In this document: in pieces, positions 46,316-56,559 of the stretch | Layout of the letters: each line of letters starts with the position of its first letter | Position numbering within the stretch: position 1 is the first letter of the stretch | From: an uncultured bacterium | GTDB taxonomy: Bacteria; Zixibacteria; MSB-5A5; CAIYYT01 | Assembly (NCBI GenBank): GCA_963707485.1 | Contig: CAVPQS010000065.1 | Location: 654 to 64,653, forward strand | DNA: 64,000 nt | Direction: 5' to 3' | Made by a program: the position numbers and the translations under genes | Notes under the pieces: model-generated | What the model was told of the DNA's origin: nothing | Database searches by the model: none | What the model saw: only the letters and a program-made list of their open reading frames with translations

Positions 46316-47719
46316 CTACGGTTCGGGATTGGTGATCGGCAGACCGGCCTGCGCCTGCTCGTCGAGATGAATCTGCCGCTGCTTCCATTTCCCGCGGCTA
46401 AACCAGAATAATAAGATGATGCCTTTGACGATCGTCGTCAAGGTGATTGACCACCAAACGCCGTTGACTCCGACTTCCAAATCGTAGCAAATATATTGCG
46501 CCAAGGGCACGCGCGCAAATGATCCAATCAAAGACACGAGCATCGCGGGCATGGTATTCCCGGCGCCGGTGAATGCGCCTTCCATGACGATCTCGACCGC
46601 CATGAATGTCTGCGAGAGAGCGAGAATGATCAAGTAATCGGATGCGATTTCGATGACGCGCGGGTCGCTGATAAATCCGGAGGCGATGATGTCCGGGATT
46701 GTCAGGAATGCTGCCGAGATGATGCCGGTGGAAATTCCGGTGAAGAGAATTGCAAACCAGACCGATTTAGCGGCGCGGTCGGGTTTGTGGGCGCCAAGAT
46801 TTTGCCCCACCAAAGTTGACACTGCCAACGAAAAACCAAAGCAAGTCAGGTATGAGATCGACTCGCAGCGATTGCCGATACCGAGAGCGGCTATTGCCTC
46901 CGTTCCGAATCCAGCCGTGATGCGATTCATGAATAAGTAAACGACTGAGAATGTGACGCCGGCGGTTGCCAACGGTGAACCGATACGGATCAGTTCCTTG
47001 ACGACTTTGAAATCGGGGCGCACGGCGCGGGTGAAATTGAATTTGAAGGTCAGCCGGCCGCGGCGAATTAGGATGATGTAAAGGCCGGCGCCGATCAGAT
47101 AAGAAATTACACTTGCCAAGGCAGCGCCGGGCACACCGAGTTTCGGAAACGGGCCAATGCCGAAGATCAACAGCGGGTCGAGGACGATATTCAGCAGTGT
47201 GCTGACGATGGAAATTTTCAGCGGCGTGCGCGTGTCGCCGGTGGCTCGAAATATCGACGCGAATAATTCCGGCAGCATGATCAGCGCGGACGATGCAAAG
47301 AGAATCTGCAAGTAACTTGTGCCCAACCCGGCGACAATTGGGTCGGTGTGCATGACGGCGAACAAGTCGCGAGCGTAGTAGACGCCAAGGACCGAGACCG
47401 GAATTGCGGCGGCAATTCCGGTGATAATCGCCTGCCTGCCGGTGTGCGAGACAACATCAAACTGGCGCGCACCGTAGAAGCGGGAGATCACGGCGACCGC
47501 GCCGATCCAGACGATGTCAAAAAGGCTGAACAAAATCCAGATGACGAACATCGAGCTGATGACGGCGGCCATTTCGTCAGCGCCGAGTTGGCCCACCCAG
47601 ACGGCGTTGATAATGGTCAGCGCCGTTCGGAAGAACATGGCGCTCACCGCCGGCCAGGCGAGTCGAATTAACTGCCTGGGAATCGAGCCTTCGGTGATAT
47701 TAATGATGTTTTCTGACAT
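46316..47719 (-). CDS. MATE family efflux transporter
   Basis: 12 predicted TM segments in two MATE repeats. Start set at MSENIINITEGS (Met41 of the ORF), just after the upstream stop. Confidence 0.8.
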   Translation of the reverse strand: MSENIINITEGSIPRQLIRLAWPAVSAMFFRTALTIINAVWVGQLGADEMAAVISSMFVIWILFSLFDIVWIGAVAVISRFYGARQFDVVSHTGRQAIITGIAAAIPVSVLGVYYARDLFAVMHTDPIVAGLGTSYLQILFASSALIMLPELFASIFRATGDTRTPLKISIVSTLLNIVLDPLLIFGIGPFPKLGVPGAALASVISYLIGAGLYIILIRRGRLTFKFNFTRAVRPDFKVVKELIRIGSPLATAGVTFSVVYLFMNRITAGFGTEAIAALGIGNRCESISYLTCFGFSLAVSTLVGQNLGAHKPDRAAKSVWFAILFTGISTGIISAAFLTIPDIIASGFISDPRVIEIASDYLIILALSQTFMAVEIVMEGAFTGAGNTMPAMLVSLIGSFARVPLAQYICYDLEVGVNGVWWSITLTTIVKGIILLFWFSRGKWKQRQIHLDEQAQAGLPITNPEP

Positions 47720-47744
47720 GAAAGCCTGGGCCGCTTGTGTGCCC

Positions 47745-49067
47745 CTATGCCTTAGTGGAAAGCAGCGCGACGAGGCGGTCGAAGTTCGCGCCCCAGCGGT
47801 CGTGTGCCGCGCCCAGGTCATCGACTTCGAGGCGAGCAACGGTGCCGAGCGGCGCCGCGGCGGCCATCAGCGCGCAGACGGGATCGTGATTGGTTGTGAT
47901 GGCGTCAGCGGTCAATTGCTCGCGGCCCTCCATGACAATGCCGTCGCCGATCTCGGCAATTTTGATCCCGAGCCCGCGAATCAAGTTGCAGATGCTCTTG
48001 CGGCGGGATTCTTCGCGATCGGTGTTGAACGGCGAGGAGCGAATTACCGCGGTGCCGCCGGTGCGGGCGTTCGCGAGCGCAATGGCGCCGACACTGTCGG
48101 GATAGTCGTGAAGTTGATCGTAACTGACTGAGCGCGATTTGACTGTCGAATGAGCAATGACGAGATTAGTCTTGCCGCTCTCGCGAACGGTGCTGACCTC
48201 AACGCCCATGCGGCGCAGTTGCGCCAGTGGCGTAAATGTCAGGTCCTCGCTGTGAATGTTGCGCAACACGAGTTTGCCCTTGCCGTGACTGATCACTGCG
48301 GCAGCAAGATAGGCGGCGAATTCGGAGTCCGGGCGCAAGTCGACGGGCTCGGCAGATTGAACCATGCCGCCGCTAAGAGTCACGCGGGACTTGAATTCCG
48401 CAACCTTGGGCGAGTGCTTGGCGAGACGGCGTTCGAGTTCGTCGCTCGGATCGATCTTGACCAGATTTTCACGCCGGAAGTTGCTGATAAACCGCTCGAA
48501 CAAATAGTCAAAGCGGCTCGACTCGAACAAGTCCAGAAGCTCAGATGATCCACCTTGCGCAGCCATGGCGATCATCAGTTGCGGCACGATCTTGGCATTC
48601 TCGCGCTTGAGGTGGTATTTCATTTCGCGCGAGATCGGCGCGATGATTTCGACGTGGGGCGTGGCGCCGTTGCGGAATTCCAGCTCAGCGCCCATGCGGC
48701 GCAAAGCGAGAACGATCATCTGCACCGTGTTGTCAAGCTCGGCAACGATAGTAATACGACTTCCCTGCCGGGTTGCGGCGAAAGTGAGCAGGTACTTGAA
48801 CATGTCGTAGTCGGCAATCGGTTCAAGGTAATCGAACGGCTTCGGATCGCCGACTTCGACGGTAACGGAATTTTCCTTCCAGTTCAAAGTTATTCCCGCG
48901 GATGCGAGGATCGGTTCGATTTGCGCGAGCAACGGCGTGCGTTCAATATTGGTGAGTGTCGTGCTGCCCGGAACAAGCGCCGCGAAGGAAATTGCAGTCA
49001 ACGCAGTTATGTAATCAGTAGTCGTATCGATAACCAATTCGTAATCTTTTGGCCGGGTCAGTAACAT
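47745..49067 (-). CDS. EPSP synthase-like enolpyruvyl transferase (EPT) fold protein, divergent
   Basis: Start at MLLTRPKDYEL (Met89 of the ORF, abutting the argS stop). Repeated EPT-type units, with a C-terminus DHDPVCALMAAAAPLG resembling AroA DHRIAM. The N-terminal PGSTTLTNI aligns to AroA PGSKSISNR, but the Lys and Arg appear substituted. Confidence 0.55.
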   Translation of the reverse strand: MLLTRPKDYELVIDTTTDYITALTAISFAALVPGSTTLTNIERTPLLAQIEPILASAGITLNWKENSVTVEVGDPKPFDYLEPIADYDMFKYLLTFAATRQGSRITIVAELDNTVQMIVLALRRMGAELEFRNGATPHVEIIAPISREMKYHLKRENAKIVPQLMIAMAAQGGSSELLDLFESSRFDYLFERFISNFRRENLVKIDPSDELERRLAKHSPKVAEFKSRVTLSGGMVQSAEPVDLRPDSEFAAYLAAAVISHGKGKLVLRNIHSEDLTFTPLAQLRRMGVEVSTVRESGKTNLVIAHSTVKSRSVSYDQLHDYPDSVGAIALANARTGGTAVIRSSPFNTDREESRRKSICNLIRGLGIKIAEIGDGIVMEGREQLTADAITTNHDPVCALMAAAAPLGTVARLEVDDLGAAHDRWGANFDRLVALLSTKA

Positions 49068-49068
49068 T

Positions 49069-50781
49069 TTACATTCTCTCCAAAGGTTCAATTCCCAACA
49101 TGCGCAGGCCGTCGGCAAGATTAACGCGCACGGCGTAGGCCATCTGCATGCGCGCCTGCGTGAGTTGGGCATCGTCGGTGATGATGCGGATGCGCTGCCA
49201 ATAACTGTTGAACGCGCCCGCAAGATTGAGCAGATAGTCCGCCAGCGCCGAAGTTTCGTAAGTCTCCGCAACCTGCGCGAGTTTTTCCGGATACAGCTCA
49301 AACCACTTGATGACGCCCTTGTCTTCTTCACCGAGCAACGACAAGTCGGCGTCGGACTCAGGCAACGTCTTGCCGTATTTCTGAATTAACGACGACAAGC
49401 GCGCGTGCGTGTACTGCAAATATGGACCGGTCTCGCCCTTGAACGACAATGCTTCTTCCCAAACGAAATTGACATCCTTGTTGCGGCGAACGCGCAGTTG
49501 CGTGAAAATCAAGGCGGCGACGGCGACGCGCTCGGCGGTCCAGTCGACATCTTTGACGTCGGGATTTTCGGCGCTGATGATATCGCGCGCGATGGCTTTG
49601 GCTTTGCTGATGACGTCCTCGAAGAAGATCAATGTGCCGCTGCGGGTGGACATCGCCTGCTCGCCGAATTTCACCCAGCCGAATTCGACATGAACGGCAT
49701 CTTTGACCCAGTCGTTGCCCAGCAATTCGGCGACTTTGAAGAACTGCTGGAAATGCAATTTCTGCGCGGAGCCGACGACATACAGTATCTTATCAAAGTT
49801 GAAATGCTTTTTCCGATAGAGCAATGCCGCCAGGTCGCGCGTGGCGTAAAGCGTCGATTCATCGGATTTCTTGATCAGGCAAGGCGGCAGTCCGTACGGT
49901 TCGAGATCGACGATGGTTGCGCCTTCGCTCTGCTTGAGCAGTCCCTTGTCCTCGAGCTGCTTGATGACGTCATCCATCTTGTCGCGATAGAACGCCTCGC
50001 CGGTGTAGTAGTCGAATTCGACGTTGAGCATTTTGTAGACGCGGTGAAAGTCGATCATACTGTAATCGATAAAGCGTTGCCACAGCCCCTGATTTTCCGG
50101 GTCGCCCTGTTCGAGCTTGCGGAACTCCTCGCGGCCGCGGTCGGCAAGCGCCGGATCGTTTTTGGCGGCGTCGTGATAACGAACGTAGAGCTGATATAAG
50201 TCCATGATCGGTTGCTCGGTGAATTTGTATTCACTTCCCCACAGGCGATAGGCGGCGATGAGATTGCCGAATTGCGTGCCCCAGTCGCCGAGGTGGTTGA
50301 TGCGGACCGTTTCGTAGCCGAGCTTGGCGTAAACCCGCGCCAGGGCCGCGCCGATGATTGTCGTGCGCAGATGGCCGACGCCAAAAGGCTTGGCAATATT
50401 GACAGAGGAAAATTCGACGAGGACCTTCTTGCCGGCGCCGATTTTGGACGAGCCGAAGTCGGCGCCCAGTTTCAAAACCGCTTGAAGAGCATTCGCCAAA
50501 GTCGCTCCGGTATCGAAAGTGAAATTGATGTAGCCGCCCATTACTTCGACGCGGGCGATGCCGCTTGGGAAGCCGGAAGCGAAGCACTTTTCGTGGATTT
50601 CCTGCGCGATTACGGGCGGGGCTTTGCGGAGTTGCCTGGCGAAGCGGAAGCACGGCAGCGCCAGGTCGCCATGCTCGGGCTGTTTGGGAAGCTCGAACAT
50701 GCCGGCGATTTCGGACGCAGGAACACCGGCCACTTTGGCGACCAGTTCGGCTAAGTGATTTTTGATATCCTGAGCGCTCAA
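49069..50781 (-). CDS. argS: Arginine--tRNA ligase
   Basis: 570 aa; class I HIGH-like region (SVNIAKPFGVGHLR), ArgS N-terminal domain and anticodon-binding domain. Confidence 0.9.
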   Translation of the reverse strand: MSAQDIKNHLAELVAKVAGVPASEIAGMFELPKQPEHGDLALPCFRFARQLRKAPPVIAQEIHEKCFASGFPSGIARVEVMGGYINFTFDTGATLANALQAVLKLGADFGSSKIGAGKKVLVEFSSVNIAKPFGVGHLRTTIIGAALARVYAKLGYETVRINHLGDWGTQFGNLIAAYRLWGSEYKFTEQPIMDLYQLYVRYHDAAKNDPALADRGREEFRKLEQGDPENQGLWQRFIDYSMIDFHRVYKMLNVEFDYYTGEAFYRDKMDDVIKQLEDKGLLKQSEGATIVDLEPYGLPPCLIKKSDESTLYATRDLAALLYRKKHFNFDKILYVVGSAQKLHFQQFFKVAELLGNDWVKDAVHVEFGWVKFGEQAMSTRSGTLIFFEDVISKAKAIARDIISAENPDVKDVDWTAERVAVAALIFTQLRVRRNKDVNFVWEEALSFKGETGPYLQYTHARLSSLIQKYGKTLPESDADLSLLGEEDKGVIKWFELYPEKLAQVAETYETSALADYLLNLAGAFNSYWQRIRIITDDAQLTQARMQMAYAVRVNLADGLRMLGIEPLERM

Positions 50782-50881
50782 CCTTGATTCCTGCAGTACT
50801 TCGGCTTTGTCAAAATGTCCGCCCGTTGGGGCCAGTATCGAGTTTGATATATAGTAATTTTAGCCGCGTAAACAATAACTA

Positions 50882-52162
50882 TTAGCGGATTGCCGAGCGG
50901 TCGATTTTGATGCTGTCGCCGCTGCGAATTTCGCATTTGGAGAAATAATAGTAGAAGCTGAAGGCTGATGCCAGGTAAAGCCCGATTGCCCAATAGAAGG
51001 ACGTTTCGAAGCCGCTTTTTTCGATAATTGCGCCGCCGATCTGGGTGGAAATTGCCGAAGAAACGGTCCAGGACATGGAAGAAAACGAATTGACGATGCC
51101 GTGCAACTCGGCAGGGACAGCTTCCATCATGAAGCTGGTTGTGACCGGGCTGCCCATATTCATCAAGGCGCCGCGAAACAGGAAAGCCCAGAACGCCATG
51201 GAAAGATCGTTCGTCAGGCAGAGAATTAACATAAACGGGATAGAGAGCAACTCAGTCAGAACTACAGTATTGATGAAGCCAAGGCGCTTTTTGAGAACCG
51301 GCACGAGCATAACAGCGCAGAGCATGACGACGCTCAAAATCGAGAAGTAAGCGCCGATCTGCGTCGCGTTAAGACTGAAGCGCTCGCGAAAATATAGATT
51401 CAAGAACGGGATAATCAGGCCGGCGCCGGCGCCAAGCAACATGTATGGGAGGTTGAGCTTGAACAGCAGCCGCCAGTTGGCTTTGAGTGCGGTATAGGAG
51501 AATGCGCGCTTGAGTTCCTCCCGGTCCGGAGCCTTTGCTTTGATAAACAGAAACGGCACGACCGCGAGCAGGCCGATGCCGGAAGTTACCACCATAGCGT
51601 ATCGGTACGCCTGAATTTCGGCCTCGCCGGCGGACATTTGGAGAGAGAAATAATCGCGGAAGTATTCATGCAGCCAGCCGCCGAGGTAAGAACCGATAAT
51701 CGCGGCGACCATCCAGAGCGAGTAGTTGGCCGTAAAGACCAGCATACGCTCGCGCTCGCTGGAGTTGCGCATGATGAAGGGCGCGGAGATTACGCTGCGG
51801 ATGGTCGAGGAAAAACCGAACCCGAGCGCGGCTGCCAGCAGGATCATCTCCGAGCCGGTGTGACCCATGACGAAGAACGTAACCGCCATCAGCAGCGTGG
51901 ACACGATGAGAATCGGCTTGATATGGTAGCGAGCGGCCATGTAGGCCGCGGGCAAGGCGGCAAAGACAGCCCCGATGGCGCTAATCGAAAGCGTACGGCC
52001 GATAAACGACTCGCCGTAGCCCATGTCTTTGAGATACAAATTCATCAGCAATTGCATCGAGGCGGCGAGCAAACCCATAAATAGGCCGCCGAGCAAAAAC
52101 AGATGAATGTTGCGGGTAATGAGCTTGAGATCGATTAGATAATCAACGATGATTTTTCGCAT
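50882..52162 (-). CDS. MFS transporter
   Basis: 426 aa; 12 predicted TM helices. The 5' end overlaps dapF by 20 nt, so the true start may be internal. Confidence 0.75.
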   Translation of the reverse strand: MRKIIVDYLIDLKLITRNIHLFLLGGLFMGLLAASMQLLMNLYLKDMGYGESFIGRTLSISAIGAVFAALPAAYMAARYHIKPILIVSTLLMAVTFFVMGHTGSEMILLAAALGFGFSSTIRSVISAPFIMRNSSERERMLVFTANYSLWMVAAIIGSYLGGWLHEYFRDYFSLQMSAGEAEIQAYRYAMVVTSGIGLLAVVPFLFIKAKAPDREELKRAFSYTALKANWRLLFKLNLPYMLLGAGAGLIIPFLNLYFRERFSLNATQIGAYFSILSVVMLCAVMLVPVLKKRLGFINTVVLTELLSIPFMLILCLTNDLSMAFWAFLFRGALMNMGSPVTTSFMMEAVPAELHGIVNSFSSMSWTVSSAISTQIGGAIIEKSGFETSFYWAIGLYLASAFSFYYYFSKCEIRSGDSIKIDRSAIR

Positions 52163-53006
52163 GGTGTTCGAACCAGTAACCGCCAGTGCAGATATACGTT
52201 GATGGACCGGTAAGAATAATCGGTTGATCCAGTGAATCGATGCGAAGTGTAAGTTTGCCTGCCGGTTCGACGACGGTCACGACGTTGTCGAGCAGACCGT
52301 TGATGATGCCGGCGGCGACCGTCGAAGCGGCTCCGCTTCCGGAGGCCGACGTTTCACCGACGCCGCGTTCCCAGATGCGGTGCTCGATGCGTTTGCGCGT
52401 CTTGACAACGGCGAATTCGACATTGGTTTGCTGCGGGAAGCGTTTGTCCGTTTCGACCTCGCGGCCAAAAGTACGCCAGTCGAAATCGAAGTTATCGACG
52501 AAGAAGACAATATGCGGATTGCCGACATTGACCGCCGTGCCGAGAAGCTCGCCTGATTTGGTCTTGAAGGGCTGGCGGATGAAGAACTGCGCGCGGACCT
52601 TCATCGGCACCTGGCGGACATCGAAGCTCGGCGGCGACATCGTAACGCTGCTGATCATGTGCTCGGCCTTGCCGGATTTGATTTGAATGGTATGCGTGCC
52701 GGTTTCGGATTCGATGACAAAATTTTTCAGTTTGGTTTCGGCGCAGGAATAAATGTGATGAGCGAGAATGCGCAGGCCGTTGCCGGAGATTTCAGCCTCT
52801 CCCCCGTCGGCATTGAAAATGCGCATGATATACTTGCGGCGAATCTCGTCGTAGATGATCACGCCGTCGGCGCCGACGCCGTTGTGCCGGTCGCAAATCG
52901 CACGAACGGCGCGCGGAGTTTGGGCGGGTGTCAATTTCGAGAGGCGTTTGTGCAAGACAATGAAGTCATTGCCGAGAGCGTGGTATTTATGGAAAGCGAT
53001 GATCAC
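52143..53006 (-). CDS. dapF: Diaminopimelate epimerase
   Basis: 287 aa; HALGNDFIV (active-site Cys context GNxF), second active-site region GSGAAS. Confidence 0.85.
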   Translation of the reverse strand: MIIAFHKYHALGNDFIVLHKRLSKLTPAQTPRAVRAICDRHNGVGADGVIIYDEIRRKYIMRIFNADGGEAEISGNGLRILAHHIYSCAETKLKNFVIESETGTHTIQIKSGKAEHMISSVTMSPPSFDVRQVPMKVRAQFFIRQPFKTKSGELLGTAVNVGNPHIVFFVDNFDFDWRTFGREVETDKRFPQQTNVEFAVVKTRKRIEHRIWERGVGETSASGSGAASTVAAGIINGLLDNVVTVVEPAGKLTLRIDSLDQPIILTGPSTYICTGGYWFEHHAKNHR

Positions 53007-53232
53007 GAACGAATCTCCTCTGCGATCGCATCGAATAAACTAAGGGGCTTGCTGGATTCCCGCATTCGCGGGAACGACAGCAAACACTCCACCTCGCGTT
53101 TCGCTTCAGGTGGACTACCTTTTAATGATTGAGTATAGCACTTATTCCGAGCGGGATACAAGCAAGAACTTGGGAAGCGCTTACCAAGACGCGGACAATT
53201 CACGATTTCAGCCGGACTTTGACGGAGACGAA

Positions 53233-54456
53233 TTAGCAGTATTGCTGGAGCACGCCGCCAAGACGCTTGATGCCTTCGATGATTATCTCCGGGCTTGATG
53301 AGGCGAAATTCAGGCGCAAAGTGTTGTCGCCGGCGCCGTCGGGATGGAACGGGCGGCCATAGATAAACGCAACTCCCGCATGGAGCGCCTGCTGGAACAC
53401 CAGTCTCGAGGAAACGTGGTCGGGCAGTTGCACCCACAAGAACAAGCCGCCATCCGGATGCGGCCAGCGCACCGACGGGGGGAAGTGTTCTTTCATGGCG
53501 GCAATCATAGTATCGCGTTTGAGCGCATAGGCGGTGCGAATCTGCTCGATATGCGGGTCGAGATAGCCGCGCTTCATGAATTCCGCGGCGATAAACTGCG
53601 TAAAGGTTGACGAGTGCAAATCGACTGCTTGTTTGGCTTTTTCGATAATCTCAATCGCGGAGACGGGCGCACAGATCCAGCCGATGCGCAACCCGGGCGA
53701 AATCAATTTGGAGAATGTGCCGAGCTGAATGACGGCATCGCCGCCGAGACCGCGCAGCGACGGCAACGGCGTGCCGGAATAGCGCAGTTCGCCGTATGGA
53801 TTGTCGTCGATCAGGGCGATTTGGTGCTGGTAGACAAGGTTCATCAGGGCTTTGCGGCGCTGATAGGACATCGTGATGCCGGAGGGATTCTGGAAGTTCG
53901 GTACGACATAGATCATCTTCGGACGATATTTGATGATCTTCTCTTCGAGTTGGTCGATGATCATGCCGTCGTCGTCCATAAGGATCGGGGCATAGCGGCA
54001 CTGATAGAAGTTGAACGCCTGCAGTGCGCCGAGGTAAGTCGGGGATTCGGTAATGACATAATCGCCCGGTTCGATGAAGACGCGGCCAATCAAATCGAGT
54101 CCCTGTTGGGAACCGGTTGTGATCAGGATATTGTCGGCGCTCACCGGCAGGCCCTGGCGCGAGATTCGCTGGGCGATTAATTCGCGCAATACGGGCACGC
54201 CCTGCGAGATTGAATATTGCAGCGCCTGGGCGGCGTGATCGGTCAGAACATTGTCGACGCATTCGGCAATTTGGTCAACTGGAAGCAAATCGGAGGCGGG
54301 CAACCCGCCGGCAAAATTGATAGTGCCCGGTTTGCCGGATATCTTAAGAGTTTCGCGAATGACCGACGCTTCGAGAGATGTCGCCAATTTGGAAAACGGC
54401 CAATTAAACACAGAAGAAATCCTCTCCTTCTCGCTCTCGTTGACAAACGTTACCAC
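53233..54456 (-). CDS. PLP-dependent aminotransferase, class I/II
   Basis: 407 aa; FSKLISPGLRIGW (PLP-lysine), fold-type I. Confidence 0.8.
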   Translation of the reverse strand: MVTFVNESEKERISSVFNWPFSKLATSLEASVIRETLKISGKPGTINFAGGLPASDLLPVDQIAECVDNVLTDHAAQALQYSISQGVPVLRELIAQRISRQGLPVSADNILITTGSQQGLDLIGRVFIEPGDYVITESPTYLGALQAFNFYQCRYAPILMDDDGMIIDQLEEKIIKYRPKMIYVVPNFQNPSGITMSYQRRKALMNLVYQHQIALIDDNPYGELRYSGTPLPSLRGLGGDAVIQLGTFSKLISPGLRIGWICAPVSAIEIIEKAKQAVDLHSSTFTQFIAAEFMKRGYLDPHIEQIRTAYALKRDTMIAAMKEHFPPSVRWPHPDGGLFLWVQLPDHVSSRLVFQQALHAGVAFIYGRPFHPDGAGDNTLRLNFASSSPEIIIEGIKRLGGVLQQYC

Positions 54457-54507
54457 AGCGCCAATCTACGTAAATGGACGATTTTGTCAAATAGTACTTA
54501 CTCCCAA

Positions 54508-55695
54508 TTATTCTTCGTGCGAACCGAGTCCACCGGCTCGCTTGATTATATTATCGCCGAACTTGGTGCGAAGGTTGTGGATCGAGCGATTTAAATGTTC
54601 CTGTCGCCGCTTTTGGCCATCGAATAGGTCCAATTGGCTCAATTCGGAGACATGAACGAGATTCGACGATCGGACGCCGACTAACCTAACCCCTTTCCTG
54701 ATAACTTGTTCGGTTGGCACAAGCGACGATGCGGCGCTGAGAATCTCGGCATAGTCGACCGAAGGGTGCGCCAGGGTTTTGTCGCGGGTAATCGTTTTGA
54801 AATCCGGATAGCGCACACGGATACCGATTGTGCGCGCCAGCCAGTCGCCGCGATAGAGCCGGATGACAACCTTCTCAGCCAAATGCGCCAAGAGCCGATG
54901 GACATGTTCGGGGTCGTGAGAATTTTCGCCCAGCGTGGTTTCGTGCGACATCGATTTTTCGAAGTGCAGTTCATCGTGGTCGCGGACAAGGCGGTCATCC
55001 TCGCCGCGGGCGCGCGCCGCCAAAGTATGACCGTAATCGCCGAGCAGGGATTTGAGCGAAGATTCATTGAGATTCGCGAGATCGCCGATGGTTTTGACTC
55101 CGTGTTTCAGCAGGCGCTCGTATGTCACCGGCCCAACGCCCCAAAGTTTGTCCACCGACAGCGGAAAGACTATAGTTGCGATTTCGTCTGCTTTGATGAT
55201 GGTGAGTCCGTCGGGTTTGTTCAGACCGCTGCCGAGTTTTGCCAGCAGCTTGTTGGGCGCAATCCCGACGGTGCAGGTGATGCCGATCTCATCGCGTACG
55301 GCATTCTTGATTTTAACAGCCGTCAATTCGACCGGACCGTGAATTTTCTCGGTGCCGGTGGCGTCGAGAAAGGCCTCATCAATCGAGACCATTTCGACCG
55401 CGGGTGAAAAACGGAGCAGGATTTCTTCGATCAGGTGCGAGGCGTGATGATACGACGAGAAGTCGCCGTGCAGGAAGATGGCCTCGCGGCACAGGCGATA
55501 TGCCTCCCCTGCCGGCATGGCGGAATGAATGCCGTATTTGCGGGCTTCGTAGGATGCCGTCGAGACCACGCCGCGCCCACCGGGGCTGCCGCCGACGACA
55601 ACCGGCTTGCCCTGCAGGTGCGGGTTGTTGCGCAGTTCGATTGCCGCAAAGAAGGCGTCCATATCGACGTGCATGATAGTGCGTTGACTTGGCAT
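54508..55695 (-). CDS. dinB: DNA polymerase IV (Y-family)
   Basis: IMHVDMDAFFAAIE, SIDEAFLD; little-finger domain. Start set at MPSQRTIMHVDMD. Confidence 0.85.
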   Translation of the reverse strand: MPSQRTIMHVDMDAFFAAIELRNNPHLQGKPVVVGGSPGGRGVVSTASYEARKYGIHSAMPAGEAYRLCREAIFLHGDFSSYHHASHLIEEILLRFSPAVEMVSIDEAFLDATGTEKIHGPVELTAVKIKNAVRDEIGITCTVGIAPNKLLAKLGSGLNKPDGLTIIKADEIATIVFPLSVDKLWGVGPVTYERLLKHGVKTIGDLANLNESSLKSLLGDYGHTLAARARGEDDRLVRDHDELHFEKSMSHETTLGENSHDPEHVHRLLAHLAEKVVIRLYRGDWLARTIGIRVRYPDFKTITRDKTLAHPSVDYAEILSAASSLVPTEQVIRKGVRLVGVRSSNLVHVSELSQLDLFDGQKRRQEHLNRSIHNLRTKFGDNIIKRAGGLGSHEE

Positions 55696-55771
55696 AGCTC
55701 CGCTTCGCCCCAGATTACACATTAGACGTATTGAATGAACACGTCAATCGCTTTTCGGGCGGAACGCACCG

Positions 55772-56551
55772 CTACATTGCAAATTTGAAATTGATGAAGT
55801 AACAATCGAGGGCTTTCAACTCGGCCGCCCACTTTGGCTTGACCAGAAGCAGCAAATCGTAGAGCGTGGCGCCGACACCGACAAAGTACTCGGATTGGAC
55901 GTCGTCGCCATCAACGTACTTGATCCCGTACCCCAAGCCGATGGAAACAACTTTGGGGGTATAGGTCGCCCACCAGATGAAATTGGCGAATTCCTCGTTT
56001 TTGCCGGCGAGGAATTTGTTGTCGAATTTCCAGGGCGGTCGATGGAGCGAGAATTTCATGTCGAAATTGTTCGGGTATTTGTCTTTCAGCAGCGCGAAAC
56101 CGATGCCACCATAGTCGAGAACGATATCGCTGACGCCGAAACCCTGATCGGGATTGAAGGCATCCATCGGGACCTCGACCAGCGTCAGGATGATCGCCGA
56201 TTGAATCGCGCCGTACTTTACCTGCTTTGACTCGGGCATCTTCAGCATCCGAAACAACCAGCGAAAACCATCAGCCAATTTGTATCCGGCGTAGAAGTGA
56301 CTTATTTCATCCGTAAAGGCAACATTGTCATGAAGTTCGTCTTTGAAATGAAACTTCCCGTCCGGCGCGCCCCAGGTGTTCTTGAAATAGAAATAAGCGC
56401 CGGTACCGACGACGATGTTGCCGATCAGCATGTTGCGGTCGACGTGCGACTTCGTGTGCGTGGTCGAGTCGGGTGCAAGCGATTCGGACCGCGCAACATT
56501 GTAGCCGGAACAAAGAAGCGACGCGATCACGAGACAGCGCAGGAGCAACAT
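55772..56551 (-). CDS. Hypothetical secreted or outer-membrane protein, immediately downstream of the dockerin-bearing paralog
   Basis: Signal peptide MLLLRCLVIASLLCSG; ends FKFAM. No recognised family. 9 nt downstream of the 56560 gene stop. Confidence 0.45.
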   Translation of the reverse strand: MLLLRCLVIASLLCSGYNVARSESLAPDSTTHTKSHVDRNMLIGNIVVGTGAYFYFKNTWGAPDGKFHFKDELHDNVAFTDEISHFYAGYKLADGFRWLFRMLKMPESKQVKYGAIQSAIILTLVEVPMDAFNPDQGFGVSDIVLDYGGIGFALLKDKYPNNFDMKFSLHRPPWKFDNKFLAGKNEEFANFIWWATYTPKVVSIGLGYGIKYVDGDDVQSEYFVGVGATLYDLLLLVKPKWAAELKALDCYFINFKFAM

Positions 56552-56559
56552 GTTCGATT

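Noticed and set aside
53044-53068. Hairpin ggattcccgcattcgcgggaacgac downstream of the aminotransferase gene, considered as a terminator
   Set aside because: There is no U-tract on the transcribed (minus) strand. It resembles the dispersed palindromic repeat family instead.
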